This document shows positions 7,652 to 16,868 of a DNA stretch of 64,000 bases, piece after piece. Source of the DNA: an uncultured Acidobacteriota bacterium (GTDB taxonomy: Bacteria > Acidobacteriota > Thermoanaerobaculia > Multivoradales > SZUA-115); the NCBI GenBank assembly GCA_963805975.1, contig CAWDVR010000001.1, positions 96,001-160,000 on the forward strand, in the 5' to 3' direction. The translations under genes were made by a program, and so were the position numbers. The notes beneath the pieces were generated by a model. That model saw nothing but the letters and a program-made list of their open reading frames with translations, was not told where the DNA came from and did no database searches. Position 1 is the first letter of the stretch. Every line of letters starts with the position of its first letter.

Positions 7652-10600
7652 AACGACCCGAAATCCGCGAACCCGGTCAGCTCGCCCTCCGGCTTCTCGT
7701 AGATCCTCTGCGTTCCGGTCACGGTGTCGGTCACCATGATCGTCGCGGCACGGTGGGTGAGGGTGGTGCCGAGGAGCCAGAAGCGGCCGTCGATCGCCCG
7801 AGCGTCGAGGATCTTGAGCGCCACGTCGGCGTTGACGCCGGGAGCGAGGGCGAAGGCGCCGGCGAGGTCGCTCCACGGGAGCACAGTGGCGGCCGGAGCC
7901 GGCCTCCCGGTGCTGACCTCGACGCGGAAGCGCCCGCCGTGCAGGCAGAGCACTCCCGGGCCCGGCTGGCAGGGAGGGGCCGGGGTGAGGGCGGGTGTCA
8001 GTGGCGGTAGGGCGCGGCCCGCGGGGAGCTGCGCGCTTTCCTCGATCACCAGCGCCGCCGCCTCGGCCGGCGGCAGGCCCGCGGTGGGGAAGGCTTCGAG
8101 GTCCGCGAAGTGCGTTTGCTGGAAGAGAAGGTTGGACCAGCGCCGTGCCCCGCCCGTCCGGCCGTCGCGGAGGGTGAGCTCCCACGTGGCATCGGTCAGC
8201 GAGCCGGCGAACGCCCACAGGTGGCCGTTGACGGCGCTGCCGTCCAGGCCCTTGACGATCACTTCGAGGCTCTCGGGCCGCGCGAACGAGAAGCCGCCCG
8301 AGTCCGTGGAAAGGGCCCGCGCCGGCGTGAGGTGAGGGATGCCACGGCTGTCGCGCCGGGCGAGGGTCGCCTGCAAGCGGCCTCCGGCCAGGCAGAGAGA
8401 ATAGGGCGTGGGCGCGCACTCCTGGGCCACGGGCAGCCGCCACGGCTCGCGGCCGAAGAGGCCGTCGTCGGCGGAGAAGTAGAGATCGGAGCCGAAGGCG
8501 GTCAGCTCGCGCGGCTCAGACGAGGCCGCGCCGGGAGCCAGGTCCGCGGCCAAGTGTGTGCCGGCCTCCGTGCCGTCGCTCTCCCACAGCTCCCATCCCC
8601 GCTCCGGGTCGACCACCGGGAAGAACACCCGGCCGCCGGCCGCCTCGAGCGTCGCCTGGTAGGTGAAGACCTGGCCGAGAGGCGAAGCCAGGGACCGCGT
8701 GCCCGTGGGAGTGCCGTCGCTCACCCACAGCCGGCTGGTGGTGAACGACGCCGTGGTGAGCAGGAAGAGCCTGTCGCCCACCACCACGGGTGGCACGATG
8801 TCGTCGAAGACCGTGATCTCGAGCGATCCCAGGCGCTCGGTGCCGGCCGGCGTGCCGTCGGTGTGCCAGAGCTCGCGCTCGTTGCCGTCGCCGACGGCGG
8901 CCACGAAGAACAGGCCGTCCGGGCTCGCGGCGAGATCGCTCGCCGGCACGGCGAAGAGGAGCTGCGGGCGGAGCACGACCTCTTCGGTGCCTTCCGGCGT
9001 GCCGTCCGTGCGCCACAGGCCGAGCGAGAGCTGCGGCCGTGCGGTGAGGAAGTAGACCTTGCCGAGCGCCTCGACCGGGGGCTCGTCGGGCGGCGCGACG
9101 AAGTCCGGCATGCGGTAGAGGAGATGGGTGCCGGCCGCCGTGCCGTCGCTCGACCAGAAGGCGATGCCGTCCGAGTCCGAGGCCCAGAAGTAGAGCCGGC
9201 CCGCCACCGAGAAGAGCTCGTAGACCGCGAGCGGCTGCGGCAGCGCGTCGGTCGGGAGAGTACCGGCCGCCGTGCCGTCCGAGAGCCAGAGCCGCTCGTA
9301 GTAGCCGTTGCCTTCCAGCCTCTCGAGCACCATGAAGGCTGCCTTGCCGCCCAGCTCCGCCACGTTCGAGAACACGATCGGGAAGCTGGTCGGCCGCCAG
9401 TCGAAGTTGGTCAGGTTGGTGGTGCCCTCAACCGTGCCGTCGCTCACCCACAGGTCGAGGTTGGCGAGGTAGGCACGGCCGCCCACAGCGGCGAGCAAGC
9501 GGTCGTCGGTGTTGGGGTTGCCGAAGTTGGCGCAGTCGTTCCCGAGGTCGAGGAGGGCCGAGGCTTCCTCGCCGGTCGCGCTGAAAAGAGTGGCCCTGGT
9601 GCCGTCGCAGCCCGCAAAGAACAGCTTGCCGCCAGCCACCGTCAGGTCGGTGGGGTTGCTCCCGGCGGGAGAGCTCTGTGCGATGTCGGTGACCGGCGCC
9701 ACAGTGCCCCGCGGCAGGGTCGCCACCCAGAGCTCGGCCGGGCTCTCGGCGCTGCTGGCGAAGAAGAGCAGCCGGCGGCCCAGCCTGGCGAAGGGGCGAG
9801 GGAGGACGTTCATGAGCACGAGATCGGTCTCGACGAGGAGCTCGGTGCCGGTGGGGGTGCCGTCGGTCGAGTAGAGGGCGAAACCGCCGCCGGTCGGCTG
9901 CTCGAGGATGGCGGCCCGGCCGCCGACCGTGGTGAAGAGAAATGAGCCGTCGCAAGTGCCTGGACAGAGGTCGGCGAGGGCCTCCGTGCCGGTCTCGGTG
10001 CCGTCGCTCGCCCACGGCTCGGCACCGTTGCCCGGCTCCCGGCCGGTGAAGAAGAGCTTGCCGTCCTGGGCCGGTCCCGGCTGCGCAAAGCCGGAGCAGG
10101 GGCCGGGGCAGAGGTCGGCCACCAGGGCGGTCGAGGCCGGTGTGCCGGCCGAGCGCCAGAGCTCCAGGCCGTGCTCGCCATCGTCGGCGGCGAAGAGGAC
10201 GCTCGATCCGGCCGCCGCGATCGCCACCGAGCCGTACTCGTCGTAGGCGAACGGGTCCCCGGGCGCGAGGTTGGTCAGTCGCAGGGTGCCGCGGCCGGTG
10301 CCGTCGCTCACCCACAGCTCGCGGTCGTGCTCGTCGCCGGCCACGAAGTAGAGCCGCCCGCCCGCCACTGTCGGCTGCACGGCGCCGTTGCTGAAGGGCT
10401 GCGCGGCGGAAAAGTCGGTGAGCGGGAAGGTGCCGGCGGCCGTGCCGTCGCTTCCCCAGAGCTCCTCGCCGCGGCGCGTCTCGGCGGCGAAGAGCAGCCG
10501 CCGAGCGGCGGGCAGCAGGAAGACCTCGAGCGCGGCGCTCTCGAGGTCGGCGACCTTTTCCGTGCCCGCGGCGGAGCGGCCGTCGGAGGCCCAGAGGCTG

Positions 10601-11241
10601 AGGTAGACCCCCGGCTCGTCCTCGCCACGCTCTGCGACCAGAAAGAAGAGCCGGCCGCGGAACACCACCGGCCCGACCGTGAAGTGGCCGGCGCCCACGT
10701 GGGCGACCTCGCGGGTGCCGGCCGGCGTGCCATCCGTGCGCCAGAGGCTGGTGGCGCTGGGTGGGAAGTAGTACTTCGCTCTCGTTGGATCCGGCGTCGC
10801 AAAGAAGTAGTGGGCCCCGTTGAAGGGAACAAAGGTCCGGCCGAGCGAGCCTACCCCGGGCGGCAGCAGGCGGTCCGCGCGACCCGTGAGATCCACCCTC
10901 CAGAGGGCGGGCCGTGGCTCCTGGAAGTCGGTCGCCGCGAGGACCACCAAGCCGCCCGCCGTCTCCCCCAGGATGGCGGTCACGGCGTCGAGGCCCTCGG
11001 CCAGCCGGCGCGTGCCGGAGGGCGTGCCGTCGCTCGCCCACAGCGTGCGACCCCGGCCGGCCTCGAGCACCGTGAAGACCGCCTGGCCGCCGAAGACGGT
11101 GAGATCCTCCGCCTGCGGGCCGTTCGAGTAGGCGAGGTTGGGGTTGAGGTCGCCGACCAGGAGCGGTGCCCCGGCGCCCGCCGGCAGCGGCAGGAAGGCG
11201 AGGGTCAGCAGCAGGACGAACGCGCGGGGAAGGGATCGCAT
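7648..11241 (-). CDS. ELWxxDGT-repeat secreted protein with two C-terminal Cys-led domains
   Basis: Many (E)LW.(S/T)DGT..GT repeats. Signal peptide. GAGGAG RBS. Confidence 0.9.
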   Translation of the reverse strand: MRSLPRAFVLLLTLAFLPLPAGAGAPLLVGDLNPNLAYSNGPQAEDLTVFGGQAVFTVLEAGRGRTLWASDGTPSGTRRLAEGLDAVTAILGETAGGLVVLAATDFQEPRPALWRVDLTGRADRLLPPGVGSLGRTFVPFNGAHYFFATPDPTRAKYYFPPSATSLWRTDGTPAGTREVAHVGAGHFTVGPVVFRGRLFFLVAERGEDEPGVYLSLWASDGRSAAGTEKVADLESAALEVFLLPAARRLLFAAETRRGEELWGSDGTAAGTFPLTDFSAAQPFSNGAVQPTVAGGRLYFVAGDEHDRELWVSDGTGRGTLRLTNLAPGDPFAYDEYGSVAIAAAGSSVLFAADDGEHGLELWRSAGTPASTALVADLCPGPCSGFAQPGPAQDGKLFFTGREPGNGAEPWASDGTETGTEALADLCPGTCDGSFLFTTVGGRAAILEQPTGGGFALYSTDGTPTGTELLVETDLVLMNVLPRPFARLGRRLLFFASSAESPAELWVATLPRGTVAPVTDIAQSSPAGSNPTDLTVAGGKLFFAGCDGTRATLFSATGEEASALLDLGNDCANFGNPNTDDRLLAAVGGRAYLANLDLWVSDGTVEGTTNLTNFDWRPTSFPIVFSNVAELGGKAAFMVLERLEGNGYYERLWLSDGTAAGTLPTDALPQPLAVYELFSVAGRLYFWASDSDGIAFWSSDGTAAGTHLLYRMPDFVAPPDEPPVEALGKVYFLTARPQLSLGLWRTDGTPEGTEEVVLRPQLLFAVPASDLAASPDGLFFVAAVGDGNERELWHTDGTPAGTERLGSLEITVFDDIVPPVVVGDRLFLLTTASFTTSRLWVSDGTPTGTRSLASPLGQVFTYQATLEAAGGRVFFPVVDPERGWELWESDGTEAGTHLAADLAPGAASSEPRELTAFGSDLYFSADDGLFGREPWRLPVAQECAPTPYSLCLAGGRLQATLARRDSRGIPHLTPARALSTDSGGFSFARPESLEVIVKGLDGSAVNGHLWAFAGSLTDATWELTLRDGRTGGARRWSNLLFQQTHFADLEAFPTAGLPPAEAAALVIEESAQLPAGRALPPLTPALTPAPPCQPGPGVLCLHGGRFRVEVSTGRPAPAATVLPWSDLAGAFALAPGVNADVALKILDARAIDGRFWLLGTTLTHRAATIMVTDTVTGTQRIYEKPEGELTGFADFGSF

Positions 11242-11311
11242 CTCGAGTCTCCTCGGTCGGTGCCCGGGCGGGCGCTCTGAGGAGAGACGCGCGCTGCCGC
11301 CCGGTTCCTGA

Positions 11312-12562
11312 TCAGCCGGCCGCCGGTTCCGGCCTCAACCCGCGTGTGACCCACCAGGCGAGAGCCAGGGAGCAGGCGACGAGGACCGCCGACAGCAGAA
11401 AGGCGGCGCCGGGCAGGTGGAGACCCGCCCCCGGCCGGATGCCGGCGGCGAACGCGGTGGTGAAGAGGGCCGGTCCGAAGAGGCCGGCGATCCCCCGCAG
11501 GCTGCCGATCGCCCCCTGGAGCCGGCCCTGCTCCGCGGGGCTCACCCGCCGCGTCATCAGGCTCTGCGCGGCCGGCGCCGACAGGCCCCAGAGCGTCGCC
11601 AGCGGCACCCCGACCCAGAACAGGCCGCCGGTGGTGGCGAGGCCGTAGACCGCGAAGCCGGCGGCGCCGAAGGCAAGGCCGGCCAGGAGCGCGCGGCGCT
11701 CCCCGAACCGCCGGACGATCGGACCCATGAGCGTGGCCTGCACCAGCCCGTAGCAAAGTCCGAAGACCGCCAGCGTCAGGCCCACGGTGCGCAGGCTCCA
11801 GCCGTAGCGGTAGGTGGTGTAGAGCACGAAGGTGCTGGGCAGCGCCTCGTGCGCGAGATAGCCCAGCCAGTTGCTCGACGCCAGTCCGAGGAGCGTCGGA
11901 TGCGAGCGCAGCAGCGTGAGCGAGCCCACCGGGTTGGCCCGCCGCCAGGCGAAGGGTGCGCGGCGCTCCGGCGGCAGCGACTCCGGCAGCACGAAGAGGC
12001 CGTAGAGCGCGTTGCCGAGGGAGAGGGCTGCCGCCACCCAGAAGGGCAGCCGCGGGTCGACCTCTCCGAGCAGGCCGCCGAGCGCCGGTCCGACGATGAA
12101 GCCGACCCCGAAGGCCGCGCCGAGCATGCCGAAGCCGGCGGCGCGCTTCTCGGGCGGGGTCACGTCGGCGATGTAGGCGGAGGCGGTGGGGATGCTCGCC
12201 GAGGTGATGCCGGAGATCACGCGGCCCACGAAGAGCCAGGCGAGCGACGGCGCGAGCGCCATCAGCACGTAGTCGAGGCCCAGGCCGAGGTTCGAGAGCA
12301 GCACCACCGGCCGCCGGCCGAAGCGGTCCGAGAGCGCGCCGGCGACCGGCGAGGCCAGGAACTGCATCACCGCCCAGACCGTGCCGAAGAGGCCGAAGAC
12401 CTGGGCCGCCCGCACCGTGTCCCCGCCTTCGAAGCTTTCGACCAGCTTGGGCAGCACGGTGGCGGCCATGCCCAGCGTCATCATGTCGAGCATCACGGTG
12501 ACGAAGATGAAAGCCACCGCGGCTCGGCGCGGGCCTCGCCGGCCCGAAAGATCGATTTGCAT
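11312..12562 (-). CDS. MFS transporter, TCR/Tet-like drug:H+ antiporter family
   Basis: [12 protein letters not shown] (motif A), [17 protein letters not shown] (motif C), about 12 hydrophobic segments. Confidence 0.9.
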   Translation of the reverse strand: MQIDLSGRRGPRRAAVAFIFVTVMLDMMTLGMAATVLPKLVESFEGGDTVRAAQVFGLFGTVWAVMQFLASPVAGALSDRFGRRPVVLLSNLGLGLDYVLMALAPSLAWLFVGRVISGITSASIPTASAYIADVTPPEKRAAGFGMLGAAFGVGFIVGPALGGLLGEVDPRLPFWVAAALSLGNALYGLFVLPESLPPERRAPFAWRRANPVGSLTLLRSHPTLLGLASSNWLGYLAHEALPSTFVLYTTYRYGWSLRTVGLTLAVFGLCYGLVQATLMGPIVRRFGERRALLAGLAFGAAGFAVYGLATTGGLFWVGVPLATLWGLSAPAAQSLMTRRVSPAEQGRLQGAIGSLRGIAGLFGPALFTTAFAAGIRPGAGLHLPGAAFLLSAVLVACSLALAWWVTRGLRPEPAAG

Positions 12563-12683
12563 GACGGAGCTCGCGGCCGGTTGACGCTTCTAGGTATGGA
12601 AGGAAGCTTACCGGATACCCGTCACTCCAGCTTTTTCTCGACGAGCGCACCAGATGCCAACCACCGACAGCCGTAGAAAGAGT

Positions 12684-13481
12684 GTGAAGGCCTTGGGGCA
12701 GAGCCCGCTGACGCTCACCAAGTGGTACTTCGACTGCGTGGCGGAGAACGGCCGCGTGGCGATCGGCGACTGGGCCTCGCTCGCCTGGCGGGGCCTCGAG
12801 GTCACCTGGCAGAGCCTCGCCCTTCATTCACTGGACCAGCCGCCTGCCAACCGATCGAGCCTCGTACCGGCGCCGCCGCCGCAGGTCGCGGCCGGGGAGA
12901 TCCGCTGGGGCGCCCCGGCGTTGGGCTCGGCGATCGAGGTCGAGCCCCGGCAGGCGCCGATCGAGTCGCGCCTGATCGACGACGGCACGGGCGTCGTCGA
13001 ATGGCGGTCCGAGGCACCGGCAGCCAGGGTCTCGGTGGAGATCGACGGCGCCCAGCGCCTGGAGGGCGCGGGCTGCGCCGAGCGGATCCGCATCACCGTG
13101 CCGCCCTGGCGCCTCCCCATCCGCGAGCTGCGCTGGGGCCGCTGGCTCGACCCGGCCGCCAGCCGCTCCGTGGTCTGGATCGACTGGCGCGGCGGAGCGA
13201 TGCGCACCTGGGCGTTCGTGGACGGAACCCGGGTCCCCGCCGTGGTGTCGGACCGTTCCGTGTGCTCTCCGGGTATGAGCCTGATGCTGGGAGAGCGCCG
13301 CACCCTCCAGTCACAGGCGTTGTCGGAGGTCGTCGCCACGATCCCGCCCCTCCAAGCCGCGATGCCCAAGTCCCTCCTCGCGCTCCGCCAGACCCGCTGG
13401 CTCACCCAGGGCACGCTCCGGGTCGGGAACGAGGCGGCCCTCGCCGGCAGCGCCATCCACGAGGTCGTGGTCTTCCGATGA
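12684..13481 (+). CDS. Hypothetical Trp-rich beta protein (KWY.DCV and WGRW motifs)
   Basis: Protein-like composition. Start uncertain (GTG 12684 or ATG 12654). Confidence 0.6.
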   Translation: MKALGQSPLTLTKWYFDCVAENGRVAIGDWASLAWRGLEVTWQSLALHSLDQPPANRSSLVPAPPPQVAAGEIRWGAPALGSAIEVEPRQAPIESRLIDDGTGVVEWRSEAPAARVSVEIDGAQRLEGAGCAERIRITVPPWRLPIRELRWGRWLDPAASRSVVWIDWRGGAMRTWAFVDGTRVPAVVSDRSVCSPGMSLMLGERRTLQSQALSEVVATIPPLQAAMPKSLLALRQTRWLTQGTLRVGNEAALAGSAIHEVVVFR

Positions 13482-13552
13482 ACCGCCGCCTCGCCACGGC
13501 GAGGCGCTCGTGGGGCTTGCACGGAGGAGCGATGAGCGCGCGGGATCGCGCC

Positions 13553-14929
13553 TCAGAACCGCGCCACCCCCGACAACGACAGGGTCGTGACCCGCTCCGA
13601 CAGGTCGGCCGCCACGTCGAGCTGGAAGCGCCGCACCACCAGCCCCACGCCCGCCGCCCAGTGCAGCTCGTCCTCGCCGGCCCGGAAGCGGGCGCGCAGG
13701 TTCTCGGCCGGGCCTTCGTAGCGCAGCTTGTGGTCCGGGTCGTGCCAGGCGCCCAGCCGTACCGACCACGGCAGCTTGGCGGTGAGGCCCTGGTACTCCA
13801 AGCCGAGATGCAGCTCGTCCGCGTCGTCGGTCACGAAACGGCCGGGGTCCGCCAGCGCGGCGCGCAGCAGGTTGACCAGCCGGTCGGACATCTCGGAGTA
13901 GCGGACGCGGTCCCAGTCGAAGGTGAGGAGCGCCGAGTCCGAGAGCCGATAGGCGACCCCTACCCCCCAGACGTCCGGCACGTGGTAGAGGCCCGCGCCG
14001 CCCAGCGCGGGGTCGATCTGGCCGGGCCGGTCGCTCGCCGGGCCGTCCGTGAAGGTGGCGAGGAAGTCGAGCTCCGGCCCCTGGCGGAAGACCCCGCCCA
14101 CGCTCCAGCGGCTGTCGATCTTCCACAGCACGCCGGCATTGAATCCGAAGGCGGTGTCGTCCCCCTGCTGCGTCTGGAGGTTGGTGACGTTGCCGGGCGA
14201 GAAGTCGGCCGGGCCGTAGAAGTTGCCGGTCAGCACGTCGACCAGCGGGTCCCCGGTGCGCTCGGCGCGCAGGAAGCGGCGGGTTTCGGAGTGGAGCTCA
14301 AAGTCGTAGTAGGAGAGCCCGAGCCCGAGCGACACCCGGTCGCCCAGGCGGTAGGCGGCGGAGAGACCGTAGCCGGCGATCTCGAGCGAGAGCTCGGACT
14401 CGGTGGGAAGGATGCGGTCGCGCGTGTTGCGCGGGCCGACGAAGGGGCCGTGGGTCTTGATCGAGGCCCGGAAGTCGGCGAGCTGGTGCCGGTAGGCGGC
14501 AAAGGCCCAGCGGCCGGTGGTGTGGACGTAGGAGAGGAACGAGACGCCCGCCGTGTCGTTCGCGAGCGAGCCTTCCTCGAGGCCGTCGACGGTGTCGGTC
14601 CCGATGCCCGTGAGCGCGGTCTCCGGCACATGGCCGCGGTCCGCGAACACGCTCTCGGAGCGCCGGGCCCGGGCCTCGAACGAGGCCTCCGGATCCACGA
14701 GCTGGGTCAGCCCGGCAGGGTTGGTGTAGGCGGCCGTGGCATCGTCCGCCGAGCCGAGAAAGGCGCCGCCCATCCCCAGGCTGCGGGCGCCGGGGGTCGA
14801 GAAGTTGAACTGGATGCCGGTCTGGATCTCGTCGTTCGACTGCCCGAGGGTGGGGCCGGCGGTGAGCGCGAGGGTCGCGGCCCAGGCGCCGAGCCAGGCT
14901 CTCCGCGAGAAGTCGGGGCGAAGCGTCAT
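13553..14929 (-). CDS. Outer-membrane beta-barrel protein, FadL/OmpP1/PorV-like
   Basis: PGARSLGMGGAF..ADDATAAYTNPAGL signature, signal peptide, C-terminal Phe. Confidence 0.8.
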   Translation of the reverse strand: MTLRPDFSRRAWLGAWAATLALTAGPTLGQSNDEIQTGIQFNFSTPGARSLGMGGAFLGSADDATAAYTNPAGLTQLVDPEASFEARARRSESVFADRGHVPETALTGIGTDTVDGLEEGSLANDTAGVSFLSYVHTTGRWAFAAYRHQLADFRASIKTHGPFVGPRNTRDRILPTESELSLEIAGYGLSAAYRLGDRVSLGLGLSYYDFELHSETRRFLRAERTGDPLVDVLTGNFYGPADFSPGNVTNLQTQQGDDTAFGFNAGVLWKIDSRWSVGGVFRQGPELDFLATFTDGPASDRPGQIDPALGGAGLYHVPDVWGVGVAYRLSDSALLTFDWDRVRYSEMSDRLVNLLRAALADPGRFVTDDADELHLGLEYQGLTAKLPWSVRLGAWHDPDHKLRYEGPAENLRARFRAGEDELHWAAGVGLVVRRFQLDVAADLSERVTTLSLSGVARF

Positions 14930-14956
14930 CGGGGATCGATCCGGGCTCACCCAGTA

Positions 14957-14986
14957 GTTGAATGCATTGGGCGGTTGAATGCATTG
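14957..14986. promoter_or_regulatory. Direct repeat GTTGAATGCATTG x2 (period 17), each containing the palindrome AATGCATT; putative operator
   Basis: Exact copies at 14957-14969 and 14974-14986 in a divergent intergenic region. Confidence 0.5.
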
Positions 14987-15114
14987 ACTGTATATCGTCT
15001 GCGTCCTCGCGCGAGGACCGTGCCGGGGCGAGAGCAGTGACCAGGCGGGCCTCCGGCACGGGCACACCGTTTGCTCGAGCGGCAAGGCAAAGACCCACTC
15101 CCAGGAGACCGTGC

Positions 15115-16800
15115 ATGACTCGTCGAGCCTGCCTGTTTGCCTCGCTCCTCACCTTCGCTTCGGTGCTCGAGGCCCCGGCACAGCCGGCCCAGGCCCAGCA
15201 AACCGAGTCTTCGTTCGGCGAGAAGGTCGAGGTGACGGTGGTCAACGTCGAGGTCTACGTCACGGACCGGGACGGCAACCCGATCCGCGGCCTGGGGCGC
15301 GAGGACTTCACGTTGCTCGAGGACGGCAAGCCGGTCGAGGTCACCAATTTCTCGGCCGTGGAGGGGGGCGCGGCGATCGAGGTGCGCGAGGGAGCGGGTG
15401 GCCTCGAGCCGGCGCCGGTCGCGCCGCCGCGAGCCGAGCACCGCCTCAGCCTGATCGTCTACGTCGACAACCTCCACCTCCAGCCGGCGAGCCGCAAGCG
15501 GGCGCTCGGCCAGGTGCGCGAGTTCCTGGGCCAGAGCTTCCCGGCCGGCTCGCGGGTGATGGTGGTCAGCTACGAGCGCTCGCCCCGGGTGGTGCAGCCA
15601 TTCACCGAGGATCTGGCGTTGGCCCTCTCGCAGCTCGACGGGCTGGTCAAGGGCAAGCCGATCGGCGTCGAGAACCGCGCTGCCAAGGCCAACACCCTGG
15701 CGCAGATCCGAGCGATCTACGACAACGACGGCTGCTCGGAGCTGGCCCTCGACCAGATGCGCGCGCTGGCCCTCGCCTATGCGCAGCCCCTGGCGCACGA
15801 GGACGCACAGTCCTTCACCGCGCTGGCGGGCGTGGTGGGCTCGGTGGCCGGCCTGCCGGGGCGCAAGGTGGTCTTCCACGTCTCGGACGGCGTGCCGCTG
15901 GTCTCCGGGCAGGAGGCCCTCGGCCTGGTCGGCAGCCTGTGCGAGGGAGCCTTCGGCCCCTTCGCGGGCTCCGAGCTCTCCCAGGACAAGAGGCTGCGGC
16001 GCCTTTCGACCCAGGCCAACGCCGCCGGCGTGACCTTCTACACCCTGGAGGCCGCCGGGCTCCGGGCCCCGCTCGCGAGCTCGGCCGAGCAGGCGAGGCC
16101 CACCTTGTCGGCGACGCTCGAGAGCGACTCGATCGCCAACGAGCAGGACGTGCTGTTCAACCTGGCCAGCGAGACCGGCGGCCGTGCTCTCCTCAACTCC
16201 AACCGGCTGCAAGAGGCGCTGGTCAGCGTGGGGCGGGACCTCTCCAACTTCTACTGGCTGGGCTACGCCGCCGAGCGCTCGGCCGATGGCCGGGTGCACG
16301 CGCTCGAGGTGAAGGTGCGGCGCGACGGCGCCCGCGTGCAGCACCGCCGGTCGTACCGCGACAAGACGGCCGAGGATCGCCGCGAGGAGCGGGTGCTGGG
16401 GGCGCTGCTCCTGGGCTCGGGGGAGAACCCGCTGGGCGCGACGCTCGAGCCCGGGGAGGCGGTGCGCGACAAGGGCGGCCAGATGCTGATGCCGGTCCGC
16501 CTGCGGCTGCCCATGGCCAACCTGGCCCTGCTGCCCCGGGAGGGAGGGAAACGCGCGGGAAGGCTGCGGCTCGCCATGGTGGCGCGCGACGCCGAGGGCG
16601 GCACCACGCCGGTGCGCACCGTGGAGGTGCCGATCGAGGTTCCGGAGGCCGAGGCCGTGGCGGCCCTCGCCCGCGATTTCCTCTACGAGGTGAAGATGGC
16701 GATGCGGCCCGGCCCACACCGGGTGGCGCTGGCGGTGGAGGACGTGCCCACGGGCGTGACGTCCTACCTGGCGCGGGACTTCGAGGTGCCGAAGAAGTAG
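15115..16800 (+). CDS. VWA domain protein (Acidobacterial VWFA-related, TIGR03436-like)
   Basis: FGEKVEVTVVNVEVYVTDRDGNPIRGL..EDF, GRKVVFHVSDG and LASETGG motifs. Signal peptide. AGGAG RBS. Confidence 0.88.
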   Translation: MTRRACLFASLLTFASVLEAPAQPAQAQQTESSFGEKVEVTVVNVEVYVTDRDGNPIRGLGREDFTLLEDGKPVEVTNFSAVEGGAAIEVREGAGGLEPAPVAPPRAEHRLSLIVYVDNLHLQPASRKRALGQVREFLGQSFPAGSRVMVVSYERSPRVVQPFTEDLALALSQLDGLVKGKPIGVENRAAKANTLAQIRAIYDNDGCSELALDQMRALALAYAQPLAHEDAQSFTALAGVVGSVAGLPGRKVVFHVSDGVPLVSGQEALGLVGSLCEGAFGPFAGSELSQDKRLRRLSTQANAAGVTFYTLEAAGLRAPLASSAEQARPTLSATLESDSIANEQDVLFNLASETGGRALLNSNRLQEALVSVGRDLSNFYWLGYAAERSADGRVHALEVKVRRDGARVQHRRSYRDKTAEDRREERVLGALLLGSGENPLGATLEPGEAVRDKGGQMLMPVRLRLPMANLALLPREGGKRAGRLRLAMVARDAEGGTTPVRTVEVPIEVPEAEAVAALARDFLYEVKMAMRPGPHRVALAVEDVPTGVTSYLARDFEVPKK

Positions 16801-16805
16801 CCAAG

Positions 16806-16847
16806 CCGCACCGCCTCCGCTATCCTCCGCACCGCCTTCCGTATTCC
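16806..16847. repeat. Imperfect 21-bp tandem duplication
   Basis: CCGCACCGCCTCCGCTATCCT followed by CCGCACCGCCTTCCGTATTCC. Confidence 0.6.
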
Positions 16848-16868
16848 ATCTGACCGAGGCGGTGACGA

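Noticed and set aside
11286-11308. GGAAC-N14-CGTC ECF-like promoter upstream of the ELWxxDGT gene
   Set aside because: The spacer is shorter than the usual 16-17 nt, and such matches arise by chance in GC-rich DNA.
11312-12562. tetA resistance determinant
   Set aside because: Similarity is at family level only. There is no tetR or mobile context, and the substrate is unknown.
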